Assembly (NCBI RefSeq): GCF_006345805.1
Contig: NC_043018.1
Location: forward strand, 8,680,001 to 8,744,000
DNA: 64,000 bases
From: Octopus sinensis
Lineage: Eukaryota
Direction of reading: 5' to 3'
Positions 26,048-38,021 of this stretch are shown here, one piece after another (the first letter of the stretch is position 1; every line of letters starts with the position of its first letter). Under the pieces are notes generated by a model, which saw only the letters and a list, made by a program, of their open reading frames with translations, was not told the origin of the DNA and searched no databases. The translations under genes and the position numbers were made by a program.

Positions 26048-27863
26048 GTATGTAATTTTTCTATTGTTATTTGGACCTGTACAGTGTTTTTTTTTAACAC
26101 TGAAACAAAAAAGCAAAATGTTTTTGAAGATTTCCTTACAGCCAACCTTTGCCTCTGTTTTGTCTGGCAGTTAAATTACTTTCCTGACAAATCAGCGATC
26201 CATTTTAACCATGTTGCAGTTGATTAGCCACATTTTAATTAAAACAAAGTTTCTAAATATGATACCTGCTAATTGTTGTTTTTGTTTAGTGTCTGGTCAG
26301 CCTAGCAGACCAATTATCAAAGCATTCCAACCATGACCATTCCCTTTTATTTTTCAGACTGTCTATATATTTATGACTACATATTACGTAGTGAGTCTTT
26401 CCTGCTTAACTTTTTTTAAGACAGTAAGATGTGCTATGAAGGGAGATTTGGCTGCTATTTTTAGCAGGTCATTGGCTTGACATCTGCTAATTGCTATATT
26501 CTGTTAAAATCTACTGTTTGTTTGATCTATTATTATTAATATTTAATATTATATTCTTAACATTTCAGTTTTTTTTTTTTTTGGTGGATTTTTTTCTCAA
26601 CACCAGTTTTTATCAGAGCCGAAGAAAATTTTTCAATAAGAACCAACTTAGAACTGTTTCAGAAATGCTCCAATCATTCCTAAAATGCATAATTTTTCTT
26701 CTTCAAACAGTCAACCATCAGGAACTAAATTCCTGGTGAGCTGCATCCAAGACTGACTACTAACAACTCCTGGTTGTAGTTATTTCACTTCACTTGCATA
26801 GTTTAGTGCTGTTAAGGCTTGTTTGTCATGCTTTCTCATTCCATGTTCTTCACTTAAGGATCTTTGTGTGTTTATAATAACTTGGTGTTCAAACCAGCCA
26901 TATCCGGCCCAAATAATCTACCTGTTTTCTGTTAAAACTACCCCAGATTTGGTATCTCACACCAACCTATAATGTCAATCTAAAAACAGGTGATAACATC
27001 ATCGAAATCTTAAAGCTACGAAATAATGCATGATTAGCTCAAAACAATATGGATGAATAAATATTATATTTGACAGAATAATCTGAATGCTAAAGGGTTT
27101 ATCTTATTCCAAGGTGGTCAGTGGCAGAATCGGTAGCTTGTTGGATAAAATGCTTAGCAGCGTTTCATCCAGCTGTTTATGTTCTGAGTTCACATCCCAC
27201 CAAGGTCAAACTGTGCCCTTCATCCTTTCGGGGTTGATAAAATAAAGTACCAGTCAAGTACTGGGGTCGATATAATTGACTTGTCCCCTACTCTCAAATT
27301 TGCTGACCTTTAACCCTGCAACAGACTAATGTCAAATTCAGAGGGAATGTTGTGATCTTGGTCAGTTATTCGTCATGGAAACCAAGTAACCAACTTATGA
27401 ATGATCAATACGAAAATCTTACCCCACCCCAACTCCTATAAACCTACCTTTTTTGTCTGTATCTAATGCAAGAAATTAATACTTTTCCCCACTGAACCTT
27501 CAGTTTGCAAGATGTCAGTACATCGAGCCATTGTGTGGACACTGATACATCTAAAGATGTTTTATTAATTTTTGAGAAACTTTGTTACCTTGTTTATTAT
27601 CTTGTAGTCATTGTTAAAGTTTCATCATTCATGTGCAAATGTTAGCATTTGTTAAATAATTTCTCCATACGCTATTCTTGAAAATAAATCAAAGGTCGAT
27701 TTTTACATGGCTGTGTGGTAAGAAGTTGGCTTCCCAACCCTATGGTTTCAGGTTCAGTCCCGCTGTGTGGCACCTTGGTCAAGTTTCTTCTATTGCCCCA
27801 GGCCAACCAAAGCCTGGTTGGCCTGGGGCAATAGAGGGAAACTGAAAGAAGCCCATCATGTGC

Positions 27864-27900
<37 letters not shown>

Positions 27901-27904
<4 letters not shown>

Positions 27905-28012
27905 ACAATTATTCAATAGCCAAGATAAAACTCTGAGTTTCGGATGCTGAGGTGGAAATCCACACCATCTCTTCGATTATCTGGCCATCTTGGCTATTGA
28001 ATAATTGTCACA
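27901..28012. mobile_element. 112-bp MITE with perfect 26-bp TIRs, TA-flanked (Tc1/mariner-like target)
   Basis: tgtgacaattattcaatagccaagat ... atcttggctattgaataattgtcaca, with ta on both sides. Confidence 0.75.
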
Positions 28013-28087
28013 TATTTTTACAGATAAATTTCTTGTATTTACATAATATTGAGGTCTCTTTCTTTCTTTTGTTTCTTACCGTCTTTA

Positions 28088-28127
<40 letters not shown>

Positions 28128-28885
28128 GTGCATGGCTTATTGGTTAGGGTATTGTACTCGTAAGATTGGGGTTTTGATTTCTGGACCAAGCGATGCATTG
28201 TGTTCTTGAGCAAAACACTTCATTTCACATTGCTCCAGTCCACTCAGCTGGGAAAAATGAATGTTCCATCCAGGTGGGGAATATATATGCCAGGAAACCA
28301 GGAAACCAGCTCTTATGAGTCAGTATGACTTGTGTGTGTGTGTGTGTGTGTTACTGTTTCTTTGTCTTGACATTGCATGGTGGTTGTAAATGAGTGTCAC
28401 TGTCATACAAGCAGTGTCCTTCATTTCCAGTCTTCCATGGAAACACCTGGTTATGGGGAAACCTTGCTGAGAAACAGGTTTGGGTTGGTGACAGGAAGGG
28501 CATCCAGCTATAGAAAATTCCACCTCAGCAAAATTCCACCTAACCTATGCTTGCATGGAAAAGTGGACATTAAATGATGATGATGATTTTAAATGTGGTC
28601 TTGTGGATAAAGACATACATAGACAACTGCATTGAACATCCTGAACAGGGTTCGATTTTGCCCCAGGTTTGCATTAAGAGATCGTTTAAAATTTTTCACT
28701 TTTTGTTTTAGTTACCTGTGGTTATAAAGCTTGCTTTGCAGCCTTGTGGCTTTGGGTTCAATCTCATTGTGCAGCACCTTACTATAGCCGCAGGCCAACC
28801 TATGTCTTGTGAATGAATTCAGTGGGAGACTGTGTAGAGGCCCAATGTATGTATGTGTGTGTGTGTATATATATGTATATATATA

Positions 28886-29282
28886 TAATACAAATAAGAA
28901 AATGGAGAAACAAATTTAGTTTGTTCATCAACTTTCGGATATTATAATGTTGGATTATTTATTCATTTAACAAAATGAGAACCTCAATAGCATAAATATA
29001 TATCTTATAATTCAATACATATAAGATAAGAATACAAATTATAAAAGTCATAATATAAAATAAATTATTGAAATCATTAAAATCCTTCTTACAGCTGTTT
29101 CAGCCTATGGCTAAAAGTAGTTAATTTTATTTTTATTGCCTATAGGTTAAATAAATGAGTTAATTGCATTGCAATAAAAACATTTATGTATTAAGAATCT
29201 GGGTACTTTACCAACAGTATATTGGATAAATACTATCCCATAGTGGGTTACACCCATAACCCCTATCTTACTTTGTACTATA
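28886..29282 (-). mobile_element. AT-rich Penelope-like remnant with partial hammerhead 3' half
   Basis: GAAACAGCTGTAAG on the minus strand at 29088-29101; weak inverted ends; sits in a TA/TG microsatellite. Confidence 0.4.
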
Positions 29283-29518
29283 TATGTATGTGTGTGTGTG
29301 TGTATGTATGTACTTTTGTGTTTGTATTTGTACCTCCATCTCTTAGTAACCGGTGTTAGTTTGTTTATGTTACTGTATCGTAACGGTTCAGCAATAGAAA
29401 CTGGTAGAATAAGTACCGGAGTTAATTTATATAGATAAAACGCTCAAGGCAATGCTCCTGCATGGCCATGATCTAATGACTGAAGCAAGTATAAGATAAA
29501 ATACGTTTAAACTAAATA

Positions 29519-29556
<38 letters not shown>

Positions 29557-29662
29557 TTAGACTGGAGCCTGGTGCAGCCTTCTGGCTTCCCAGAACCCCG
29601 GTCGAACCGTTCAACCCATGCTAGCATGGAGAACGGACGTTAAACGATGATGATGATGATGA

Positions 29663-29701
<39 letters not shown>

Positions 29702-30189
29702 CTATATTGGCTCAGATACGCCTGGGTCATTAAAAAATTTGCTTCACAGTGACGTTCCCAGGCTTGATCCCACCGTGTAATATGTTTGGCAAGGGTCTTC
29801 TACTGTAGTGGAGGTCTAACCAATACCTTGTGAATGCAAATCATCATCATCATCATCGTTTAGCGTCCGTTTTCCATGCTGGCATGGGTTGGATGGTGCA
29901 ACTGGGGTCTGGGAAGCCAGAAGGCTGCACCAGGCTCCAGTCTGATCTGGCAATGTTTCTATGGCTGGATGCCCTTCCTAACACCAACCACTCCGTGAGT
30001 GTAGTGGGTGCTTTTTATGTGCCACCTGCACAGGTGCCAGACGAGGCTGGCAAACGGCCACGATCGTAAAAATGGTTGATGGAAACTGTATGGAAGCCCA
30101 TTGTATGTGTGTGTTCATATCCTGTTGGTGAATTTGTTGCTCCTTTCTGTCCCCAATTGTTTATAATGTCTAATGTATTTATGTTATAT

Positions 30190-30362
30190 ATTTATGATGT
30201 CATTTATGATATCTTATATGCTTATGATGTTTTATATGTTTATGATGTCATGAATTTATGATGTCATAAATTTATGATGTCATGAATGTATGATGTCATG
30301 AATTTATGATGTCATGAATTTATGATGTTATAAATTTATGATGTTATAAATTTGTGATGTTA
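30190..30362. repeat. 16-bp minisatellite (atgatgtcatgaattt)n
   Basis: Direct tandem units; shorter related array at about 25740-25835. Confidence 0.8.
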
Positions 30363-31097
30363 GAAATAATTCATCCACATTACTTTGCTTTATAGAAATA
30401 CAATGTCTGTTGTTGTTTTAGCCCCAGGTCAGTGCTGATGGAACAGGCTTATGATCAAAGGGATTCTAATCATCAACACCTTGCTCTTTTCTTGTGTATT
30501 GTGTGTCTTGGAATACATTATCTAGTGTGTCCTTCCACTTTTCAAGATGTTTAGGTGCAGTTATCTGCATCTGGTTTGGTTGCTATTTCTAACAGATTGA
30601 GTAACCTCATAGAGGCCTCTTCATTACCTCATGGTGTTTGATGTAATGTAGAGAGAAGTAATGAGCAATTAACCTGTAAATCTCACACCCTGCCTAATTA
30701 CTTTTATATAAACCTGACAGATTACAGGGATCAAAGTAGCTCTCATCTGGATTATCTCTTTATTGGATTATCAGTCACCTCTTTCACTGCTCTAATTAAC
30801 ATGTTGGTGAGAACTGAACTGTACTGTAAACATATGTTGCTGGACCTGCTAGAAACAGCAGCTAAATCTTCCTAAGTTACATCATACTACCTTGAAAAAA
30901 GAAGGATTGTGGTGGGGGAAAGACGATACAAAAACTGAACTGTTATGAATGGAATGGCTTTGATCAAGGATGTGCTCAATCAGGTCCGACCTAGGGCTAA
31001 ACAGCATCATAGTTTAAGAACAATCCATATTAAGATCGTGTACTTTAGATTTTTATTTGTGATTTTTTTTTCTTAGCTTTAAGAAGATATTTTTTCT

Positions 31098-31272
31098 CAT
31101 CATCATCATCATCCTCACCACCACCACCATCAGCACCACCATCATCATCATGATCACTACCACCATCCTGATCACCACTGCTATCGTTACCACCATCACT
31201 GCCATCATCATTATCACCATCATTAGCATCAGCATCATCATCGTCACTGCCACTACTACTATCATTATCATT
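31098..31272. repeat. (CAT/CAC)n trinucleotide low-complexity tract
   Basis: Direct reading of the sequence. Confidence 0.85.
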
Positions 31273-31966
31273 TAATTAATGCCCATTTTCCATATTGGCA
31301 TGGGTTGGATGGTTTGACAGGATTTAGTGAGCTGCAGGACCTGCATTGAGCTCTAATTGTCTGTTTTCGCATGGTTTCTACAGTTGGATGCCTTTTCTGA
31401 CCTTAACATTATAGTGTGTACTGACTGCTTCTTTTCATGTCCCCAGCACCAGTGCAGTTGTCAAGTAACTTGCAAGACAGAATAAGAACAGGAAAAAGGG
31501 TAAAAACCCCTCACAGCTGAGCAGTGGGAAGTAATTTAGAAGAAGAGGTGGCTTTATGCCCATTGTTGAGAGGCTTATATTATGATTGAGGGACAAGCAC
31601 AGGTGTCTTGATATAGAAGGGATACTTGGCTGCCCCACATTATATAAAGTTGGGTGGGAGTAACTTGGAAAATTATTTTATTGGGCTCGGCTACTTCTTA
31701 ACCTTTAACTTTTTGTCTTAGATTATTTAATTAATATTTTCAAAATAAATATCAGTTAGATACTGGGGTTGATTTAATTCACTGATGTTTCTTGTCCCTG
31801 TGAATAAGGGATTGGGTAGAGTCATAACTTTAACCCTTGTACATATGAAATCATTGTGATTATTTTCATTGTTAGTGTAATGGATTGGCAGAATTGTCTG
31901 AGCATTAATTAACCAACAGAATCCTCAGAGCATTAATTAACCAACAGAATTATTAGAGCATTTATA

Positions 31967-32200
31967 AGGCGGCGAGCTGGCAGGATCGTTAGCACGCCGG
32001 GCAAAATGCTTAGCAGTATTTCATCTGCCATTATGTTCTGAGTTCAAATTCCGCCGAGGTCAACTTTGCCTTTCATCCTTTCGGGGTCGATAAATTAAGT
32101 ACCAGTTCCGCACTGGGGTCGATGTAATCGACTTAATCCCTTTGTCTGTCTTTGTTTGTCCCCTCTATGTTTATCCCCTTGTGGGAAATAAAGAAATAAG
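31967..32200 (+). mobile_element. tRNA-derived SINE (head ggcggcgagctggcag, core gcctttcatcctttcggggtcgataaa), full length with TSD
   Basis: 17-bp direct repeat agaattattagagcatt at 31946-31962 and 32199-32215; other copies at 448-679(-), 14198, 27112, 43400(-), 63430. Confidence 0.8.
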
Positions 32201-33389
32201 AATTATTAGAGCATTAATTGACCAACAGAATTGTTTGAACATTAAAGGATAAAAGGTAAAGACCCTCTTTGGCCATAAATGACCATGGGATTGCATAATG
32301 ACCATGGGATTGGAATTACCTTCCAAGGCACATATCTGGGCAAGACTGTTTTTTTTTATGGAAGACCAGTAATCATCCATGCACATCAGCCTACCCTCTT
32401 CATGCCACCTGTGTTATCCAAGGGAAAAGCAAAGGGGCCGATACAGCTTGGCACCTGTGACGTTGCAATTCATTTCTACAGCTGAGTGAACTGGAGAAAC
32501 GTGAAACAAAGTGTCTTGCTCGTGAACACAACACAGCATGACCTGGGACATTGAACTCACAATCTCACAACTGTAAGCTCGATGCTCTAACCAATGAGCC
32601 ATGCACCTCCACTGTTTGTGCAACAGGATCAATAGAGTGTTGACTAACATCTACACCAAACTTTGTGCTTCGTGAGAGTTTAAATCTCACTAAAGACAAC
32701 TTGGCTTTTCGCTTTTCTGGGACTGATAAATACCAGTCAAGAACTGGTCAGTTTAAATAACCAACCCTCTCACCCCCACCATTTTGTGGTCTTGTACCTC
32801 TTGTAGGTTGCAGAATTGCTGGACCATCAAACAAAATACCTTCTGGTATTTACTGAGATCCCTTTATGTTCTGACTCCAAATCTCTGTGAGGTTAATTTT
32901 ACCACTTTTTCCTTTCCATCATAATCATCATCAACATTCAATGATTGTTTTCCCTGCTGGCATGGGTTGGATGGTTTGGCAGGAGCTGGCAAACCAGAGG
33001 GCTGCACCAGGTTCCCGTCATCTGTTTAGGCATGGTTTCTATGGCTGGATGCACTTCCTAATGCCAACCCTAACTTTACAGAGGTGCATTTGTGAGGTTG
33101 CCAAGCAACTTGCAAGACAGGAGAAGAACAGGAAGTAGGGAAAAGGAGCAAAAGGAAAAGGGAATAAAAACCCAAGTGGGTTGCTATGGAAGAAATACGA
33201 GGCTACTATGTATTATATCTGGATGGGTGGAAGTGACTGGAAGGAAGATAAGGATGGTGGTGATAGAGCATTTCTAGATACAAGAAATTGGGTATTAGAG
33301 GGAATACACACAGCCGAACAGGATATACATATATAAAGTAGCATGAAACAATTGTACTACACTACCTTGGATATCCTTGTTGCTTATTT

Positions 33390-33444
<55 letters not shown>

Positions 33445-35446
33445 GCCAGCATGGAAAACATGTTAATTGTTGATGATGATGATGATGGTTTATTTATACA
33501 CACGCGTATGTATATATAATTATTCAGTTACATGTATCTTTTAATTGATAGATGATACTGTGAAACAAGTTTGTTGTTAATAAAATTGGAGTAAACAGAC
33601 CTTTCAAAAGCTTATGGTGTGTGATAACATTTAATTTAAATAATTGGGTCTTTGGTTGTGAAAAGGTCGGGATCTACTGTTGTAGAGAGCTTGAATTTAT
33701 GAAGGTTAAATGTCTTCTTGGCTGTTGACTTTGTGCAGTGCTATTAATGAAATAGCTAACGAGCTTATGAACCACATGGTTCCGGGTTCAGTCCCACTGC
33801 ATGGCACTTTGCGCAAGTGTCTTCTACTATAGCCTCAGGCCGACCAAAGCTTTGTGAGTGGATTTGGTAGACGGAAACTGAAAGAAGCCCATCGTATATA
33901 TGTATATATACTTTATATGTATGAGTGTGTCTATGTTTGTCCCCACCAACTTTGCTTGACAACTGATGCTGGTGTGTTTACGTCCCCGTAACTTAGCGGT
34001 TTGGCAAAAGAGACCGATAGAATAAGTACTAGACTTACAAAGAATAAGTCCTGGAGTTGATTTGCTCGACTATAGGCGGTGCTCCAGCATGGCCACAGTC
34101 AAATGACTGAAACAAGTAAAAGAGTAAAAGAGACCCTTCACTTCTAGTAGGTTTGAATGTACATAATGATGTTGACTATTGCCTGTAACGGGTCTTAATT
34201 ATGCTATGGGTGTCCAGAGACGGTGGTTAACTCATTGATTTAAATATTATAAAGGATACAAATTAAAAAAAAAAAAGTTGTATAAATTTATAAAACGGGG
34301 ATTTTTTTTCTTAAGATTGTAATTTTTCAAGCAATTAAAAGTCTTGACTGGTGATAAAAAGATCCTCAGACATTTACACCTCAATCCTATCTTTTGTTCG
34401 GTTTATTCCTGATTATGTTTGGATGTTTTATTCTTGGATGTGTCTATAGAACCAAGCTGGTTGATTGGTATAATTGTTAGAGTGAAGAGAATCAGAAGAG
34501 ATTTTGCAAAGTATTTCATCCAACACATTAGGTTTAAATCCTACTGTGCTCAACTTTGCATATTGTCCTTTCAGTGCTGGCATGGACCTCTCCCTCGGTA
34601 GGTCAAAGTTAGGCAAGTTAGGAAACTCCACAAACTTCTGGAGCAATTGGTAAAAGCATCATACATGCTCCCAAGTCATCTTCAGTTGCAAGTGGAAGCT
34701 GTAATTTGATACAGAACCAGACGAGATTTGAACCAAAGCTTCCTCCTCAATTGAGATCTTGGGAGTTACTTGATGACCTCACTAGTGCTGGTGCTGCAAA
34801 AAAAGCACCCAGTACACTCTGTAAAGTGGTTGGCGTTAGGAAGGGCATCTGACCATAGAAACCAGGCCAAAGTAGACTTGGAGCTTTGGTGCAGGTCCCC
34901 TGGCTTTCCAGCTCCTATCAAAACATCCAACCCATGATGGCATTGAAAAGCGGATGTTAAATGATGATGGTGAGAGTAATGCCATTCTGGTCCATGCGGC
35001 CACTGATGCCTGTTGCTTAGCTAACCATTATTGTGGTCCTCTAATAATATTTACATAAAAGAATAAGACATCAGGTGATTACAGATCAAACCAGTTAAAA
35101 ATTGTGGTGCAAATGTGAATGTTGAGAAGAGAACATCTTCCTCGTCTGAAGATTAATAGTGAGAAAAATAAAAAAAATCTTGTTAAACTCTGCTTGAACA
35201 TTTAGGCATTTAATTTCTCACAGTTCTTTCTTTCCATCTTTTATTTTTTTCCATTCTCCTCCATGCCTGTTCTTTGACCGTGTTTTCCTGTAAGTAACAT
35301 ATTCCTCAGACAATGCAAAAACAATGTTCCTTCTTCCTTTCTCTCTTTCGAATGGTGTTATTTGCTGCTTCTGCTGTTATTACTTGTTGTTGCTATTGTT
35401 CTTGTTGCTGTCTCTCACTGACCGTCAAGTTTTGAATTACATGCAG

Positions 35447-35548
35447 GCTAGAATCAGCTCCCTTGTATGGCGGATGTTTACAAAAGAACGAAGAAGTTTC
35501 AGAGCAGAGATTACATCAGGAATCCCTGCAAACGGCCCCAAAAACCAG
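35447..35548 (+). CDS. Candidate 102-nt cassette exon in intron 8
   Basis: atgcag acceptor, CAG|gtcagg donor, non-repetitive, open in phase 0 (ARISSLVWRMFTKERRSFRAEITSGIPANGPKNQ). Confidence 0.3.
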
Positions 35549-35844
35549 GTCAGGTGGGATCAGCTCTTGATTGGCCCCTTCACTCTGTAACTCCTTTCTC
35601 TTTAAAAACTTCAGCTTCTACAAATCTCGTCCTTCATTTCTTCTTCTTCATTGTTGTTACTGTATTGTCCTCTTCATCTTCCCACCCATCTTCAACTATA
35701 GCTAACCCCTGTAAATACAGACTCCTTTCATTCTCACTTGTAGCTGTGTCATTTCATTTACATTGTCCTTTGGAATACCATAAGGTCTCAAACTTCCTGC
35801 CTTTTCTCCATAAATGTAAGGTTTCCTCCTCAGTCAAAATAAGG

Positions 35845-37330
35845 TGCTGTGCTGGCAGAATCAGCGCATTGGGCAGAAAGCTTAATATCATTTCTTCTGG
35901 CCTTACATTCTGACATCGCTTTTTACTCATTTGTGTGTATGTGGGGTTCGATAAAATAAATATCAGTTGAACACTGGGGCCAATTTAATTGACTGACCCT
36001 CATCCCCAAAATTTCTAGCCTTGTACCTGTAGTAGTAAAATTATTATTTTTATTAAAAGCAGCAAGTTGGCAGAATTGTTAGCATGCTAACAGGTGGCGA
36101 GCTGGCAGAAACGTTAGCATGCTGGGCGAAATGCTTAGCAGTATTTTGTCTGCCGTTATGTTCTGAGTTCAAATTCTGCCGTGGTCGACTTTGCCCTTCA
36201 TCCTTTCGGGTTCAATAAATTAAGTACCATTTATGCACTGGGGTCGATGTAATCAACTTGGATCAATAAATTAAGTACCAGTTGCATACTGGGGTCGATG
36301 TAATCGACTTAATCTCCTTGTCTGTCCTTGTTTGTCCCCCTCTATGTTTAGCCCCTTGTGGGTGATAAAGAAATAAGAATCGTTAGCATGCTGGGGAAAA
36401 TGTTTAGCAACATTTCTTGTGGCTTTACATTTTGAGTTCAAATTCCACAACAGCTAACTTAAGCTTTTCACCCTTTTGGGGTTGATAAAATAAGGACCAG
36501 TTGAACACTGGGGTCGATGCGATTGACCAGTCCCCTCCCCCATAATTTCAGGCCTTGTGCTTTTAGTAGGGAGGATTATTTATTATTATGGCAGTGAGCT
36601 GGCACAATCGTTGGCATGCCGGGCAAAATGCTTAACGGTATTTCATCCGTCTTTATGTTCTGAGTTCAAATTCTGCCAAGGTCGACTTTGCCTTTCATCC
36701 ATTTGAGGTCGATAAAATAAGTACCAGTTGAGCACTGGGGTTGATGTAATCGACTATTCCCTTCCCCCCAAATTGCTGGCCTTGTGCCAAAATTTGAAAC
36801 CATTATCATTATTATTATTATTGCATACAAGCTTGAAGAGACGTTAGTACACTGAAAAAAGGGTTAGCAACATTTCTTCTGGGTTCAAATGCTGCCAAAG
36901 TCAACTTTGCCTTTCATCCTTTCATGGTTGAGGGAATACTGTACCAATTGGGTACTGGGGTTGATGTAATCGACTAGTCCTGTCCCCTAAAATTGCTGAC
37001 CAGTCCCCTAAAATTGCTGACCTGTCCCCTAAAATTGTTGTTATCAAAGGCAATGGATTGGCTAAATCATTAGCGTCGGACAAAATGCTGTGCAGTATTT
37101 TATTCCAGATTTTTGTGTTCTGGATTCAGATCCCATTGAAGTCAACTGTACAACTCCCCCTCCCCTCAAATGTCAAGCCTTCTGCCTATGTTAGAACTAT
37201 TAGGAGAAGTGGATTGGCAGAATTGTGTCGGACAAAATGTGTTGCAGAATTTTTTCCTGTTGAGGTCAACTGGGTGCAGGGTAATAAAGCAAAGCACTAG
37301 TTGACTACTGGGGTTGATATAATTGACTAT
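35845..37330 (+). mobile_element. Head-to-tail and nested cluster of about 6-7 copies of the ggcgagctggcag SINE family
   Basis: Repeated gagttcaaattc...cctttcatcc...gtaccagtt...ctggggtcgatg modules, all in one orientation. Confidence 0.75.
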
Positions 37331-38003
37331 GCTCCTGTGTGTGTGTGTGTGAAATAGAGAGACCGATCACCATAATCTCCTTTTATCTCATTTCCCTCCA
37401 TGTCCCTAATTTCTCTCTAAGGCTTTCCATCTTCCCTTTTTTAATTTCTCTTCATGCCCCTTTTTCCCTGCCCCCGTTTTTACTTTGTCCTATTGTTCTC
37501 TCCAATTGGGAGCTGTATCCCACCATCCAAAGGAACATTGCATTATTGTCCTTTGATAAAAATAGACATTTTATGCAGTTTTTATTTATTTTAAAGAATT
37601 CATTAGTTTTTTTGTTTTTTTTTAAAGTCTTGTAATTAATTAAACTCAGTCATTAACTTCTTTTCATCCATCATTACAAAGAAATAAGAATCTTAAAATA
37701 GTTTATTTCTTATAAGTTCTGTCATCCTTCATGTAACTCAGCAGCCGAAGAAGATGGCAATTGTAACCAATGTCATTAATTTCTTTCTAAAGTAGGGACC
37801 CTCTTGTCTAACGTTCTTCCCGATCCTTAAATTATCCATCAACTCTACATGTTTTCTCCCCCACCTCTTCTACTTCTTCGATCTATCGCTTTCTTTATAA
37901 ACTTATAAGATTCTAAAAACTCAGAATAGTTTTGTGTTGATTTTTTTTTTCCCTTTGAGCACTAGGTACTCATAGCACCTTGAAACCTTCTTACCCCCTC
38001 TAG

Positions 38004-38021
38004 GAACTACGCTCTGAACTG
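38004..38021 (+). CDS. Candidate 18-nt in-frame microexon of USP16/45 (ELRSEL)
   Basis: cttcttaccccctctag|GAACTACGCTCTGAACTG|gtaagt; perfect donor, phase 0-0 matches intron 8. Confidence 0.5.

Noticed and set aside
31053-31271. Met/Val-rich or His-rich ORF
   Set aside because: Trinucleotide microsatellite.
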